A DNA stretch of 64,000 nt from Paraspadella gotoi. Its lineage: Eukaryota; Animalia; Chaetognatha. The notes under the pieces were generated by a model. That model was not told where the DNA came from and ran no database searches. It was given only the letters and a program-made list of their open reading frames with translations. Of the stretch, positions 37,802 through 51,053 are shown piece by piece. Position 1 is the first letter of the stretch. Every line of letters starts with the position of its first letter. Both the position numbers and the translations under genes were made by a program. The stretch covers positions 22,916,638 through 22,980,637 of the forward strand of contig CM119266.1 of the NCBI GenBank assembly GCA_051294375.1, read 5' to 3'.

Positions 37802-39142
37802 TCTCCCCTTTCATGAATTACCAATTAATTCAATGGCATCTTCTCTCTTTCTCTCCTTCCTTTTTCAAATTTATTCCGCAGGCATCGGTCTTCGCGAATT
37901 CCTAACAATATGTTTTGAAAGAAAAAGTTCGCGTCGACGAAGACGTGATCATTGTTGAAAAGGCGTCCAGATTGTTTCTTCATTTGATTAAGGTACTGAG
38001 GAAAAATTAAATTTAAAGATACAAAACATTTTTAATATTTTGAAAAGCTTCTTTCAGTTCCACCGGAACCCCCAAAGAACTTGTTAATGCCGCAAATACT
38101 TATCTGAATTTGCGTTGTTGACATTTTTATTACTTTTACAACAATTTGATTTCTTCAGTTCTTACAATTACAATTTTCCATTTCTCTTTGACTCATTAAA
38201 TCACCAATCCAGGCTTCCTCGTCTTTTTTTTTTCTTTTATCAAAGATCCGAGAGACTTAAATTTTAATGTCGACACAGATTTTCTTTTCTTTATCTCAAT
38301 TGATGAGATTTTCTGTGACTGCAAATTCGAGGGAAATGAATAGCCGAGCAAGAAAGAGAGAGAGAGGAGAACAGGAGAGCGAGGAGAGAGGAGATGAGGA
38401 GAGAGATGAGAGGGAGGAGAGAGACGGAGAGAGAGAGAGAGAGAGAGAGTGTCACCGGACTCTCATTTTAAAATTCCATCACAAAGGACGAAGCAAAAAG
38501 TGAATCCATATCTTGCCGAACTGAATTTTTTTTTAGGGGTGAGGATGGAAGCTGAACGATAAGAGAGAGAAGAGAAACAACAAAAAGAAAAAGGCGAAGA
38601 ATGAGATTCGAGAGACAAAATTAAAGTACAGAATTGATATAACATAACATACTGTGTAAATTACTTTATCGGATTCTTACTTTTTGATCGCAAATATCTA
38701 TTAATATTTTGTTTACTTTCTTCAAATCTCGGTTGTCCTTCCCATTGATTCTTCAAGTTGACATTTTGTCTTTGTTTTTCATTTTTTAAACCTTAGTATT
38801 AGACAAACGGCCACAGACCCTACAGGACGGAGGGACAGGACAATTAGGAAACTCTCGCAATCTGGCGACGTGTCAGCAATATTGGAAATGTGGGTAAGAG
38901 CTATTTACCCATTTTTGAAACAGAACCCATTTTCACTTTAAATGCTACAAAATGTTTTTTCATTTTAAGTTCCGCCCTTCTGGCGTCCCGAACTTCATCA
39001 CGCGTCTTCCCCATCCATCAATTAATTTTTTGTTTGAAAAAATTTCAGTCGGACGCTGCGAAAAAGAGGTTTAAAAGGCTTACAAATGTTACGTTCTCGA
39101 TGGACCAATTCAGGAGCTCCGGTAACATCCAAAAACCAATCA
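30290..39142 (+). repeat. Direct copy of ~13514-23560, lacking the 942-bp insertion
   Basis: At ~30290 the sequence jumps back to TCGACTTTCCAATTCCTACTCG (compare 13514 and 1560) and runs collinearly to the 25-N gap at 39143. Confidence 0.93.
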
Positions 39143-39167
39143 NNNNNNNNNNNNNNNNNNNNNNNNN

Positions 39168-40850
39168 AATCATAATTCAGATTCTTCGACCAAAATCGTC
39201 GGGCGCTGGGAGAGATATTGAGTCAAAAGGGTCTTTTTTCCATGTGTTTTCAGTAACCAATCAGCGCGTTTAGTATCGGGACACGAGCCAATCGGAGTCG
39301 CTAACTGTCGAAAAAAGAATCACGGGGCGTTCGAAATGGGAGATCAAAAGAACTTTGTGAGTGCGTGCGTGAGCCCGACGCCGTCCTCGGAGAGGGCGAG
39401 GGAGAGCGAGCGAGACTCNNNNNNNNNNNNNNNNNNNNNNNNNNNNNNNNNNNNNNNNNNNNNNNNNNNNNNNNNNNNNNNNNNNNNNNNNNNNNNNNNN
39501 NNNNNNNNNNNNNNNNNNNNNNNNNNNNNNNNNNNNNNNNNNNNNNNNNNNNNNNNNNNNNNNNNNNNNNNNNNNNNNNNNNNNNNNNNNNNNNNNNNNN
39601 NNNNNNNNNNNNNNNNNNNNNNNNNNNNNNNNNNNNNNNNNNNNNNNNNNNNNNNNNNNNNNNNNNNNNNNNNNNNNNNNNNNNNNNNNNNNNNNNNNNN
39701 NNNNNAAAAAAAAAACGAAGTCGAAGGGTAAGTTTAAGAAATTAGGCTTCACGCGCGACGAGACGAGATTCTCTCTACTTTCTCTCGTTTTACCAAAAAA
39801 ATTATGCAAATTTTCTTACTTTTCGTTGTTTGTTCGAGCGACGGGGAANNNNNNNNNNNNNNNNNNNNNNNNNNNNNNNNNNNNNNNNNNNNNNNNNNNN
39901 NNNNNNNNNNNNNNNNNNNNNNNNNNNNNNNNNNNNNNNNNNNNNNNNNNNNNNNNNNNNNNNNNNNNNNNNNNNNNNNNNNNNNNNNNNNNNNNNNNNN
40001 NNNNNNNNNNNNNNNNNNNNNNNNNNNNNNNNGAGAGAGACAAAAAACGAGGCTTTGAATCGAATCGGCGGATCCGACGTCTGGCCCCTGTCACGTCACG
40101 AACCCTGGCGGCTTTCCTTAGCGGAGGAAGACAAAAAATAGGGCGAGCCCATTTTTCAAAGTTAAATGTTGACAAAAAAAAAAGAAAATATAATATAATA
40201 CTTCTCGATTGAACTAAAAATCGTTAAACCCCAACGACAGGTTTAGTTTAACATCGAAAAAAGAAAACAGTTTTTCTTCTTTTTCTCTCTAAAATAGATT
40301 TTTTTTCAAATGGCGGCGATAATTTGAGTTGAAATACGTTGGAGAAAAAGAAGAGCGACTCGGAGGATCATTTGTTTCCGCCAAAAATTGTTATGAAAAG
40401 GAGTTTTTAAACGTAAATTGTTTAAGTCATCTCGCGGAAACAAAACATCGAAGGAGATTAATGAATCGGGCTCAGAGGCCGATCTCCCTTTTTTATCGAA
40501 TNNNNNNNNNNNNNNNNNNNNNNNNNNNNNNNNNNNNNNNNNNNNNNNNNNNNNNNNNNNNNNNNNNNNNNNNNNNNNNNNNNNNNNNNNNNNNNNNNNN
40601 NNNNNNNNNNNNNNNNNNNNNNNNNNNNNNNCAGACACTTTGGGCGTCCATTTTGACGCTTAACGAAAAAAGGCTTTCAGGCAATTTGGGTATTTTTACC
40701 CCCAGAAAAAACCCTCAGACCAAAAAGACCAAAAAGAAAAAAAAACAACAACAACAACAAAGCCACTTAAAAAAAGCAAGGCTCTCCCGCGGTCGGGGCC
40801 AGAGACGACAAAAAAGGCCACTCTCTCTTCTCTCTCTCTCTCTCTCTCTC

Positions 40851-40899
<49 letters not shown>

Positions 40900-41675
40900 C
40901 TCGCTCTCTCTCTCTCAGGTTTGTTTCAAGGATGAAAACTCATCAATTCAAATTTTCCCGCACACNNNNNNNNNNNNNNNNNNNNNNNNNCCGCCACAAA
41001 GTAGCCAAGGTCTATAGCGAAAACCATTAGTTTGAATATATACGTCGGCAGCGGCGTCGGCGCCGGCGGCAGCGGCGGCGGCGTAGGGTGAGTCGGGGGC
41101 GGCAGCGGCCAAGATTGCCGATGGTTTACTGGAGAGGTGTCTCCCTTCTTTTCCGAGCGCGACCCTGCCTTAAAAAGGCCGCGCCGTAAAAAGGGCGAAC
41201 GGTAGAGGAAGAGAGACGCGAAGCTGATTTCGGCTCCGGAGGTCGAAAAAGGGTTGAGGGGCTGATGGAGGAGGAAGAATACTTGATGGAGAAAGGAGAG
41301 GGACTTGATGGAGAAATGAAAGTTAGTATCTGTTTCAAGTCCTAGTGCACTGTTTTTTTCACTGTCAATTTTTTAATGCACTTTTTATACTTTATTCTTA
41401 AATTCTCTCTTTTTCTTCTGATTATACATCAAAATTGACTTCATAGTATTCTTTTCTCCTTTTTCCATTAGCTTTTTTTTTTTTGCGCCGCATGAGACGT
41501 CACGTCACGTCAATGTCGTGCTAAGAAATTTTCTGTTAATTTGAAATCCATGTAAATTACAACATGACCGAGAAAGAATCATCTTTACAATCAAGTCGTT
41601 TTTAGTCACAAAATAAAATGAAACAAATCATAATATTTAACATTGGTTTCTGATTTTGACCTGAATTACCCGCGG
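39168..41675 (+). repeat. Direct copy of ~23558-26534; non-redundant sequence resumes after ~41675
   Basis: Collinear from ATCATAATTCAGATTC to GAATTACCCGCGG (compare ATTACACCTCGCGG at 26521-26534). The 23-26 kb copy carries many more insertions. Confidence 0.92.
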
Positions 41676-42398
41676 CCCCTTGACAGCGACTTTTCCCTCT
41701 ACCCTTTGACGTTACTGGCGAAACAGTCTTCACCGATGACGTCATTCGTCGCGGTTCTGTTACGACGGCGCGGCGCCCGGCGACTCCGCCTCCGCAGCCG
41801 CCACCGCCAAGACCGCCACCGCTTTCTTCTGAACCCTGCGCCGTTTTTTGATTAATGATAAAAAGCGAAGGATTCTGCTCAACGTTCGTCGGCCGGAGAA
41901 AAAAAAAAGGAAAGAAAAATTTAGGAAAAGGATAACTTAGTTTTTAAGGCAGTATGTATATTTTTTTTTAAATTTTGACCAGATCTTGTCATTTTTTAAT
42001 GAAAACAAACAAAGTGTCTCATAAAAAAAAGCAACAAAAAAAAATTTTTTTTTTGTCGTTTTACAGTCAGTATGTTTTACATTCAATCGATTTAGAAATA
42101 ACAGGAAAAAAAAACCCTTTTTCGATGCAAAGTTGCGCTCATATTTTATTCGTTTATTCGTTCATATTTCCGCGCAGCTTTTGCGCGCAGGTGAGAAACA
42201 TCGAGGTCAAGAGAGAAAAAAACTAATCAGTATTCGCTAAAAGCGAATTCGCACTTTTAAAGACTTTTGCAAAGTTGCTGAGAAAAAAACAAATCGAGAG
42301 CTAAGATGTATGAGCCGTAATTAGCGGGCTTTTTGTTGGTTGTTTATTTGTTGTTTTGTATTCTATTACACTTAAAAAAGTCTCTCTCTCTCTCTCAC

Positions 42399-42475
<77 letters not shown>

Positions 42476-43344
42476 TCTCTCTCTGCACCACGATGCAAAT
42501 TTTTCCTGGCTTTGAAGCATCTCGCAGCCCCTTCGTGTTGTTTGTTGCGATGAAAGCGGAGGCTGTTTTTCTAATTTGCATGCGGCAACAATCCTCGTCT
42601 ACAGAGAGAGAGAGAGAGGCGAGAGAGAGGAGGAGAAGAAAGAGAAGAGAGAGAGAGAGAGAGGAGAGGAGAGAGAGAGAGAGAGAGAGACGAGAGAAGA
42701 GAAAGAAGAAGAGAGAGAGAGAGAGACAGTGAAAGGATATTTTAGATTCCACATTTTAAAACGTAAGTCGTTCTATAGAATTAGGAGGAAAATTAAAATT
42801 TTAAATTAATTAATTTGAATTTGCATAATTAAAATCCAAATAATATCCACAAAAAACATTCCCCGACTTTGACCTCTGAAAACCTCAACGTCCTCGGCTT
42901 TTGCGGATAGAAGAAATTCTTCTTTCCCCTCATTTGCAATTCTTTCCTCTGACCCTAAACCTAACCCTAGCCCTCACTCGGCTCAACCTCCCCGTGTCTG
43001 TTTTGTCGCCTGCTTATCCCTTCTCCCATCGTTTCTTTTATTCATTTACATCTTTTTTCCCTAACCTTCCTAAATAACTTAATTCCTTAAAACTGCTTTT
43101 TTTCGACCCCTTCTCCCGAAGTCCTTTTTCTCTACCTACCCGCTCCTTACTTGTTTAATCAATCCCCCTTCCACCTCCCTCCCATTTCTGTTCCCACCCC
43201 CACCCTTCTACATCCCTCTCAGTTTCAAGTCGTCGTTCGACGGAGACGAAAATCTAAATCTATTTTAAATTCCGAAGCCTAAAAAAGGAATCAGCATATT
43301 CGCGATTTCGACTCTGAAAGAGATTCACGCCGTGGTGCGACGGA

Positions 43345-43600
43345 GCGTGCGAAAGACTTTTGCATGCAATGTTCCTGCGTGTGAAAGACTTTCTCGCACA
43401 ATGTTCCTGCGTGCGAAAGACTTTCTCGCGCGATGTTCCTGTGTGCGAAAGACGTTCTCGCTGGATGATCCAGCGTGTGAAAGAATTTCATGCGCAATGT
43501 TCCTATGTACAAAAGACTTTTGCATGTGATGTTCTTGCATGCGAAAGACTTTCTCGCGTGATGTTCCTACGTGCGAAAGACTTTCAGGCGCGACGTTCCT
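43345..43600. repeat. Minisatellite, 8 x 32 bp, consensus GCGTGCGAAAGACTTTCTCGCGCGATGTTCCT
   Basis: Eight contiguous units in exact 32-bp register that differ only by substitutions, with degenerate partial units on both sides. There are no spacers, so this is not a CRISPR array. Confidence 0.92.
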
Positions 43601-44881
43601 GCGAGAGAAAGTGAGTTCGTGCGAAAGTGAGTGTCGTTGATAACGGTATGACCACGCGTGAGAAATATGAGTGAGCAGAAACTCCACGCTCGTGTTATAA
43701 TCGGTGCGAAGCGTGCCGGATATAATAGCTTTGATTCATCTGATAATTTCGTTTCCTGATTGAAACAATAAAAGTTCAATGCCTGAAAAGGGAAGTGGCG
43801 CACTCATTCTCGTCTCATGTTTATGTACATCTGTTAATTTGTTTAAAACTCGAGTCGCTAAAAATTTAATCTCTAATAAAATTAGATTTATTTCAGTGCT
43901 ATATAGGCTACAATTGTTACATGTAAATTTGTAAAAAATAATGAAATAAAGATTGCTAACAAAAGAAAAATAAAAATCAAACGAAGGAACTAACGTTTTT
44001 CCAAGAAAATATAAATTCTCTCCTCAGTCAGCACCCAAGTCAGAAAGCCCGAACGTCTTCCAAGGTTTGTTTGGATTCCCGGTCGGTTCGCTTGAAGACG
44101 ACGACGACGACAACGACAAGGACGACGACGACGACGACGACTGCGACAACGACAAGGACGACGACGACGACTGCGACAACGACGAGGAGAGTGGATTCGA
44201 CGCAAAGCCTCTTCTCTTTCCTCCAGATTGCAAGATTTATGTCAGGCAATAACATCAGCGTCATCGGCAAGAGGGACCGGCGCCGGAAGCCGCAAACGGG
44301 GCGCGGGTACTTGGGACAAGGGGCGCCGGGAGAGGGAGGTGACGGGAAAGACTGCGGACTAAATGGGACGAAGATGGCGTGAGAAACGTTTTCAAATTGG
44401 TGATAGATCAAAGGAAAAGATAAAGATTATAAAATCTTCGGAACCTTCTCTTTTTTTTTTTCATTTCAACTTTGATTTTCAACGGAAAGAAAATTGGTTT
44501 TTGCTATTAGTCTGAATAGATTTTATTTATATCATTGTCTAAATTTGAAAATGATATTGTTTTTAATCGTTCGACGCAACTTCCTCAATAAAAATCTTCG
44601 AACGTAAAATTTGAAAGATGTACGACAAAAAAAAACATCTTGACTCAACAGTTGTTTAAGAGGTGGCCATTTTTTTTACAGACAACATCTTTTACGTATA
44701 GGTCACCATTTTATAATAAAATCATTAAATAGACGAAACATTAAGTGAAAATTTTTTCTTCTTCTACTTCGTTTCGTCCCTTATCATCATAACTCATTAC
44801 CCAAGGCCGGAAGGAAGAGGAGAAAGAAAAGAAAAGAAGAGAGAAAGAGAGAGAGGAGAGAGAGAGAGAGAGAGAGAGAGA

Positions 44882-44933
<52 letters not shown>

Positions 44934-46388
44934 AGAGGAGTGGTAAGACATAGCGCGAGGAAGAGTTAAAAACAAAGCGACTCGGAAAGAAAAGAGCGAG
45001 CGAGAGAAAGAGTGAAAAAAAGTGGAAAAGTGAAAAAAAGAGCGAGAGAAAGTAAAAGGTCACCGAGGGAAAAGATGAAGGAATTAACGGCCCTCGAAGG
45101 CGGCGCGAGTAGAGGAGGTGGTTGAGGTTTGAGGGTGGATGGTGGAGAGTGGGGGAGGAGATGAAAGTGGGTAAGGGTTTTAAAGGAGGATGAAAAGATG
45201 GAGAGGGCGAGTGATTCGAAGATAATTCTAAAGATCGCATCGGGACGAAGACGAGGTGAAAAAGGCAGCGGATGAAAAGGAAAAAAAAAAGAGGGTAAGT
45301 TAAGGTTGGGTAAAAGATTAAAAATGACGAAAAGCTTTTGAGTAGAATAAAGCGGAAGGAAAAAAAAGTGAATGACCTTCGCGATTAAGTTGATGAGGAA
45401 ATCGATTTGGAAGGAATTATCGACTTGGATCGGAAAAAAAAAGGCTGCGGGGACGAGGTGAGTAAAACGCTTTCTCACCCGACGTTAAAGAATAACGACA
45501 ACGACAACAACAACAACAACGTCGTTGTCGTGACCGGAATGAAGCGAGAAAATAATCGAAGCGATTATGCGCGCCCGAGGCTGAAACCGGGGAGTGGAGG
45601 GGGTCGGGTCGCGGAGTGTTGAAAGTCGGGGGGGGGGAGAATGAAAGAAAATCATGACATTGACTGGAGATAATGCAAGGGATCGGTTGAGAGTGAAGAA
45701 AGCATGGAGACTGGCATGGCATGGCAGTTTAAGGAAAGTGGAACGAGGAGTGGAAGAAGAGTGGAGTGAGTCGGGGTGGAAAGCGTCGAGGATAAGAATA
45801 AAGGATGGAAGCGAAATCCAGCGACGCGAGACGAGCGAACGGAATGACAATGAGGGGAAAAACTCCCGGAGGAAGCGGAGGGAGGAAAGGAAAGAAGAAA
45901 TGGAGGAAAGTTGGAAGGAGTAAGGAAGGAGGAAAGAATAGAATAAATGGAAGAAAGATAGGGGAGAAGAAAGGGGAGGAAAGGGAAAACAAAATGGAGG
46001 AAAGAGGGGTAGAACGGGGGAGAAGCGACGTGAAGGAAGAAGGGGAGGAAAGGAAAACAGAAATGGCGGAAAGTCTAAAAAAGGACGTGGAGGAAATTAC
46101 TAGGAGGAAAAGCGAGAGTAAAAAACCAGAAAAAAAAATCAAAGAAAGTAAAAAAAAGAATTTATGAAAACTTTTGAATACTGAGAGACAAGTAAAAAAA
46201 AAGAATGTGACAACAAAAATCAAATAAAAACCGTAGAAAGAAAAAGAAAACATTATGATGGTATTAGAAAAGGAAAAGAGAGACATGGAGAGAGAAAAAG
46301 ATAGAAATTGAGAGAGAGATAAAAAGGGCAGAGATAAAGCTTTTCGTCTTCTTAAGTTGACGATGAAAATGTCGTAAAAAGTCGTCGG

Positions 46389-46431
<43 letters not shown>

Positions 46432-46474
46432 CTCTCCCTTTCTACGCTGCGTCTCTCTTCATCTCTCTCTCTCT

Positions 46475-47019
46475 TTATTATTTTTCTTTGGTGTTTTATT
46501 TTTGAGACTCTATCCTTAAAAAAGCCTCTTTTTGTTTCATTTTTATTATCTTTTCAAAAAAACTCTTTTTTTGGTGAAATTGCAAATCTTTTCAATGGAG
46601 AGAATCGTTTTTCTCAACATTTGAAGTCGAATAAATAAAGAGAGCGCAAGAACAAATAAAGAAACAAATACAGAAAAACCTTTGGAAAAAAGAAACGATG
46701 ACAGCAATGGACATAATTGTTGCAATTAACAAGAGTTTAAACTAGGTCAAGCCTTTTGTACTAAATACAGATATAGAGATTCATGCGCGTAAGTTGTTTT
46801 AATTACACTTTCAGCATAAGGGAATCGGAGAAAAGGCGTGAGAGAAAGAGAGTGAGAGAAAAAGAATGAGAGAGAGAGAATGAGAGAGAGAGACATTTCG
46901 GGGAAGAAAAACAGAAGAATCTAATCATAAATCTCCTACCCCGATTCTGATATGTCTGTCAGATTGCGATTTTGACGGGTGGCAGTAAATCTTGCTCCGA
47001 CTCTGTCGCCTCTTGTCGT

Positions 47020-47077
<58 letters not shown>

Positions 47078-48350
47078 CTCTTGAATTCTTAATTGTCTGC
47101 GCGAGAGGAAAAATCGCGGACGAGCGATTTTCCTGTTTTTGTCTAATATCAACTTGACAGTTGTCTAGCGAGTCATAATTATGACACTAAACAAGTGTGT
47201 ACTTTAAAATGGAAGGGCATTTTTTTATAATTCAAAAATAAATTTCAAAAACATGACAACAAAACAAGTAAATACTAGTGACTTATATGTTAATGTAACG
47301 ACGACGACCGACAGTACATAGGACAACGATGACGACAAAAAGTCAGCGACCATGACAAGGACAACGACGACGAGAACAATCCACACCCACCCTAGTGATA
47401 ACGACGACGACGACAACGACGACGACGACGACGACGCGGACGGAAGACGTCCAGCTCGCGCCGAGATTTATGTCGCGGAAAATGTTTCGCGACGTCAAAC
47501 GGTTGACGGTTGAAAACGAAATCGACCGTTCGTCATTTTTTTTCGTTGGACGTCGTCGGAATTTTCATTGTTTTCTGTCTTCGTTGTTATCCCTTACGGC
47601 GCAATCACTCACCTCCCACATATCTCACACTCACCAACTTCATCTCTCCCTCAACGACGTTTCTCCCTTCGGTTCCGTCGCCGGAAAGAATTACGATCCT
47701 CTCGAGGAAAAGAGAGACGATCATCGGACGCCCATCTTCCATCTCCCATTTCCCATCTCCCATTTCCCCCTCTCCCGTCTCCCATCTCTCATCTCCTTCT
47801 CCAATTTCACATCTCCTATTTCTCATCTCCTCTCTCCTTCTCATTCAACCTCCGTTATGCAATATGCATTGCCGTCTCGTCGTCAACCCAAAACACTTGA
47901 AGATTCCGCGTAACCTTTCCCCGCTGCGTCGTTGTCATTGTCCCTCGTATATTTCTGTGAAACGATCGAACGCTTTCCCAACGAGGAAGAATCCCTTACC
48001 TTACTTCGCCCTTTTTCGCTTCCTTACCTCGGCCTGTCAGGTCCCCGCACTCCCGCGCTGCCCTCCACCAGCGCCGATTTCGCTCCGACGATAATCGTCG
48101 GCCATAAATTCAACGCGACCCTGACGCTGTCCACCCGGATGTAATTAAAAATACATTTCTTCGAAAACACTGACCCGGATACAATTGAAAAATATATAGT
48201 TTTTTTTCAAACGGTCGACACGAAAGTAACTCAAAGATACCTTTTGCCAACACGGAATGGCGGATTAATAAATTGATAAATGCAACGGGAAACGAAGCAG
48301 GAATGCCAAGTAATGTTTGAGATACGGTACCTAAGACCATGAGATGAGAG

Positions 48351-48430
<80 letters not shown>

Positions 48431-49615
48431 AAGAAAGACTCAGTGATTTATGGAGACGCATTTACGATCGGTGGCGGTTTACCGCGATTGGGTTTTACGA
48501 GTTATAAATCGACCAGAAATTAATCAGAATCAATTATTTATATAATTGTTTTGAGGAAGCTCGCCGTCTGGAATCAATTGATTTAATAAACTGTCTAATT
48601 AAAATTACAAAACCGTGATTTTTTATTACTTTACCTTTACTTTAAGAGTCGTAATATTTTAGCGGTGAAAAACGACGACGACGATGATGACGATGACCCC
48701 GCGATGACCCGCGATGACGAAATTAGTGGAACAAACAGAAAAAGTCAGTTTTTTTATTCTTTTTTTTTTTATTCTTTGAGGGGAAAAATACTTCTTTTTT
48801 TATGGCCGTTTGTTATTGACGTCTTACGTTGAAGAGCGGCGAAGGAAAGATATTATGGACCTCCCGACGACGAGGACGACGACGAGAACGACGACGATTG
48901 ACGACGACGAGACGAGGAGAAGAGAGGACGGCGCAGGAGGAGGAGAGAGGAAGGCGGCGGACGAGAGAGGAAGAAGGAAGAGGAAGAGGAGGCAGACAAA
49001 ACGAGCATTTTTCTCCTCTCCAGTNNNNNNNNNNNNNNNNNNNNNNNNNTTATTTATTTTTCTTTGGTGTTTTATTTTTGAGACTCTCTCCTTAAAAAAG
49101 CCTCTTTTTGTTCATTTTTATTATCTTTCAAAAAAACTCTTTTTTTGGTGAAATTGCAATTCTTTTCAATGGAGAGAATCGTTTTTTCTCAACATTTGAA
49201 GTCGAATAAATAAAGAGACGAAGAACGAAATAAAGAAACAAATACAGAAAAAAAAACTTTGAAAAAAGAAACGATGACAGCAATGGACATAATTGTTGCA
49301 ATTAACAGAGTTTAAACTAGGTCAAGCCTTTTGTACTAAATACAGATATAGAGATTCATGCGCGTAAGTTGTTTTAATTACTTTCAGCATTAAGGGAATC
49401 GGAGAAAAGGCGTGAGAGAAAGAGAGTGAGAGAAAAAGAATGAGAGAGAGAGAATGAGAGAGAGAGACATTTCGGGGAAGAAAAACAGAAGAATCTAATC
49501 ATAAATTCTCCACCCCGATTCTGATGTCTGTCAGATGCGATTTTGACGGGTGGCAGTAAATCTTGCTCCGACTCTGTCGCCTCTTGTCGTTCTTTCTCTC
49601 TCTCTGCTCTCATCT

Positions 49616-49652
<37 letters not shown>

Positions 49653-50007
49653 TTCTCTCTCTCTCTTCTCTTCTCCTTGATATCTCTTAATTCTTATGCG
49701 CGCGAGAGGGAAAATCGCGGACGAGCGATTTTCCTCGTTTTTTGTCTAATATCAACTTGACAGTTGTCTAGCGAGTCATAATTATGACACTAAAACAGTG
49801 TGTACTTTAAAATGGAAGGGATTTTTTTATAATCAAAAATATAATTTCAAATAACATGACAAACAAAACAAGTAAATACTATGTGACTTATATGTTAATG
49901 TAACGACGACGATCGACCGTACAGGAGGACAACGATGACGACAAAAACGTCAGCGACCATGACAAGGACAACGACGACGAGAACAACCACCACCCACCCT
50001 AGTGATA

Positions 50008-50050
<43 letters not shown>

Positions 50051-50954
50051 CGGAAACGACGTCCAGCTCGCGCCGAGATTTATGTCGCGGAAATGTTTCG
50101 ACGTCAAACGGTTGACGGTGAAACGAAATCGACCGTTCGTCATTTTTTCGTTGGACGTCGTCGGAATTTTCATTGTTTTCGTCTTCGTTGTTATCCCTTA
50201 CCGCGCAATCACTCACCTTCCCCACATATCTCACACTCACCAACTTCATCTCTCCCTCAACGACGTTTCTCCCTTCGGTTCCGTCGCCGGAAAGAATTAC
50301 GATTCTCTCGAGGAAAAGAGAGACGATCATCGGACGCCCATCTTCCATCTCCCATTTCCCATCTCCCATTTCCCTCCTCCCGTCTCCCATCTCTCATCTC
50401 CTATCTCCAATGTCACATCTCCTATTTCTCATCTCCCATCTCTCCTTCTCATTCAACCCTCGTTATGCAATATGCATTGCCCGTCCTCTCGTCAACCCAA
50501 ACACTTGAAGATTCCGCGTAACCTTTCCCCGCTGCGTCGTTGTCATTGTCCCTCGTATATTTCTGTGAAACGATCGACGCTTTCCCAACGAGGAAGAATC
50601 CCCTTACCTTACTTCGCCCTTTTCGCTCCTTACCCTCGCCTGTCAGGTCCCCCGCACTCCCGCGCTGCCCTCCACCAGCGCCGATTCGCTCCGACGATAA
50701 TCGTCGGCCATAAATTCACGCGACCCTGACGCTGTCCACCCGGATGTAATTAAAAATACATTTCTTCGAAAACACTGACCCGGATACAATTGAAAAATAT
50801 ATATTTTTTTTCAAGCGGTCGACACGAAAGTAACTCAAAAGATACCTTTTTCCAACACGGAATGGCGGATTAATAAATGATAAATGCACGGGAAACGAAG
50901 CAGGATGCGAAGTAATGTTGAGATACGGTACCGATAAGACCATGAGATAGAGAG

Positions 50955-51053
<99 letters not shown>

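Noticed and set aside
43345-43600. CRISPR-like array, since the repeats are 32 bp and palindromic
   Set aside because: Units are head-to-tail with no unique spacers, there are no cas genes, and the context is eukaryotic.
49935-50729. 264-aa plus-strand ORF
   Set aside because: Composed of a (GAC)n tract and CCCATYT repeats. The duplicate at 47395-48144 is broken into different frames and there is no recognisable domain.
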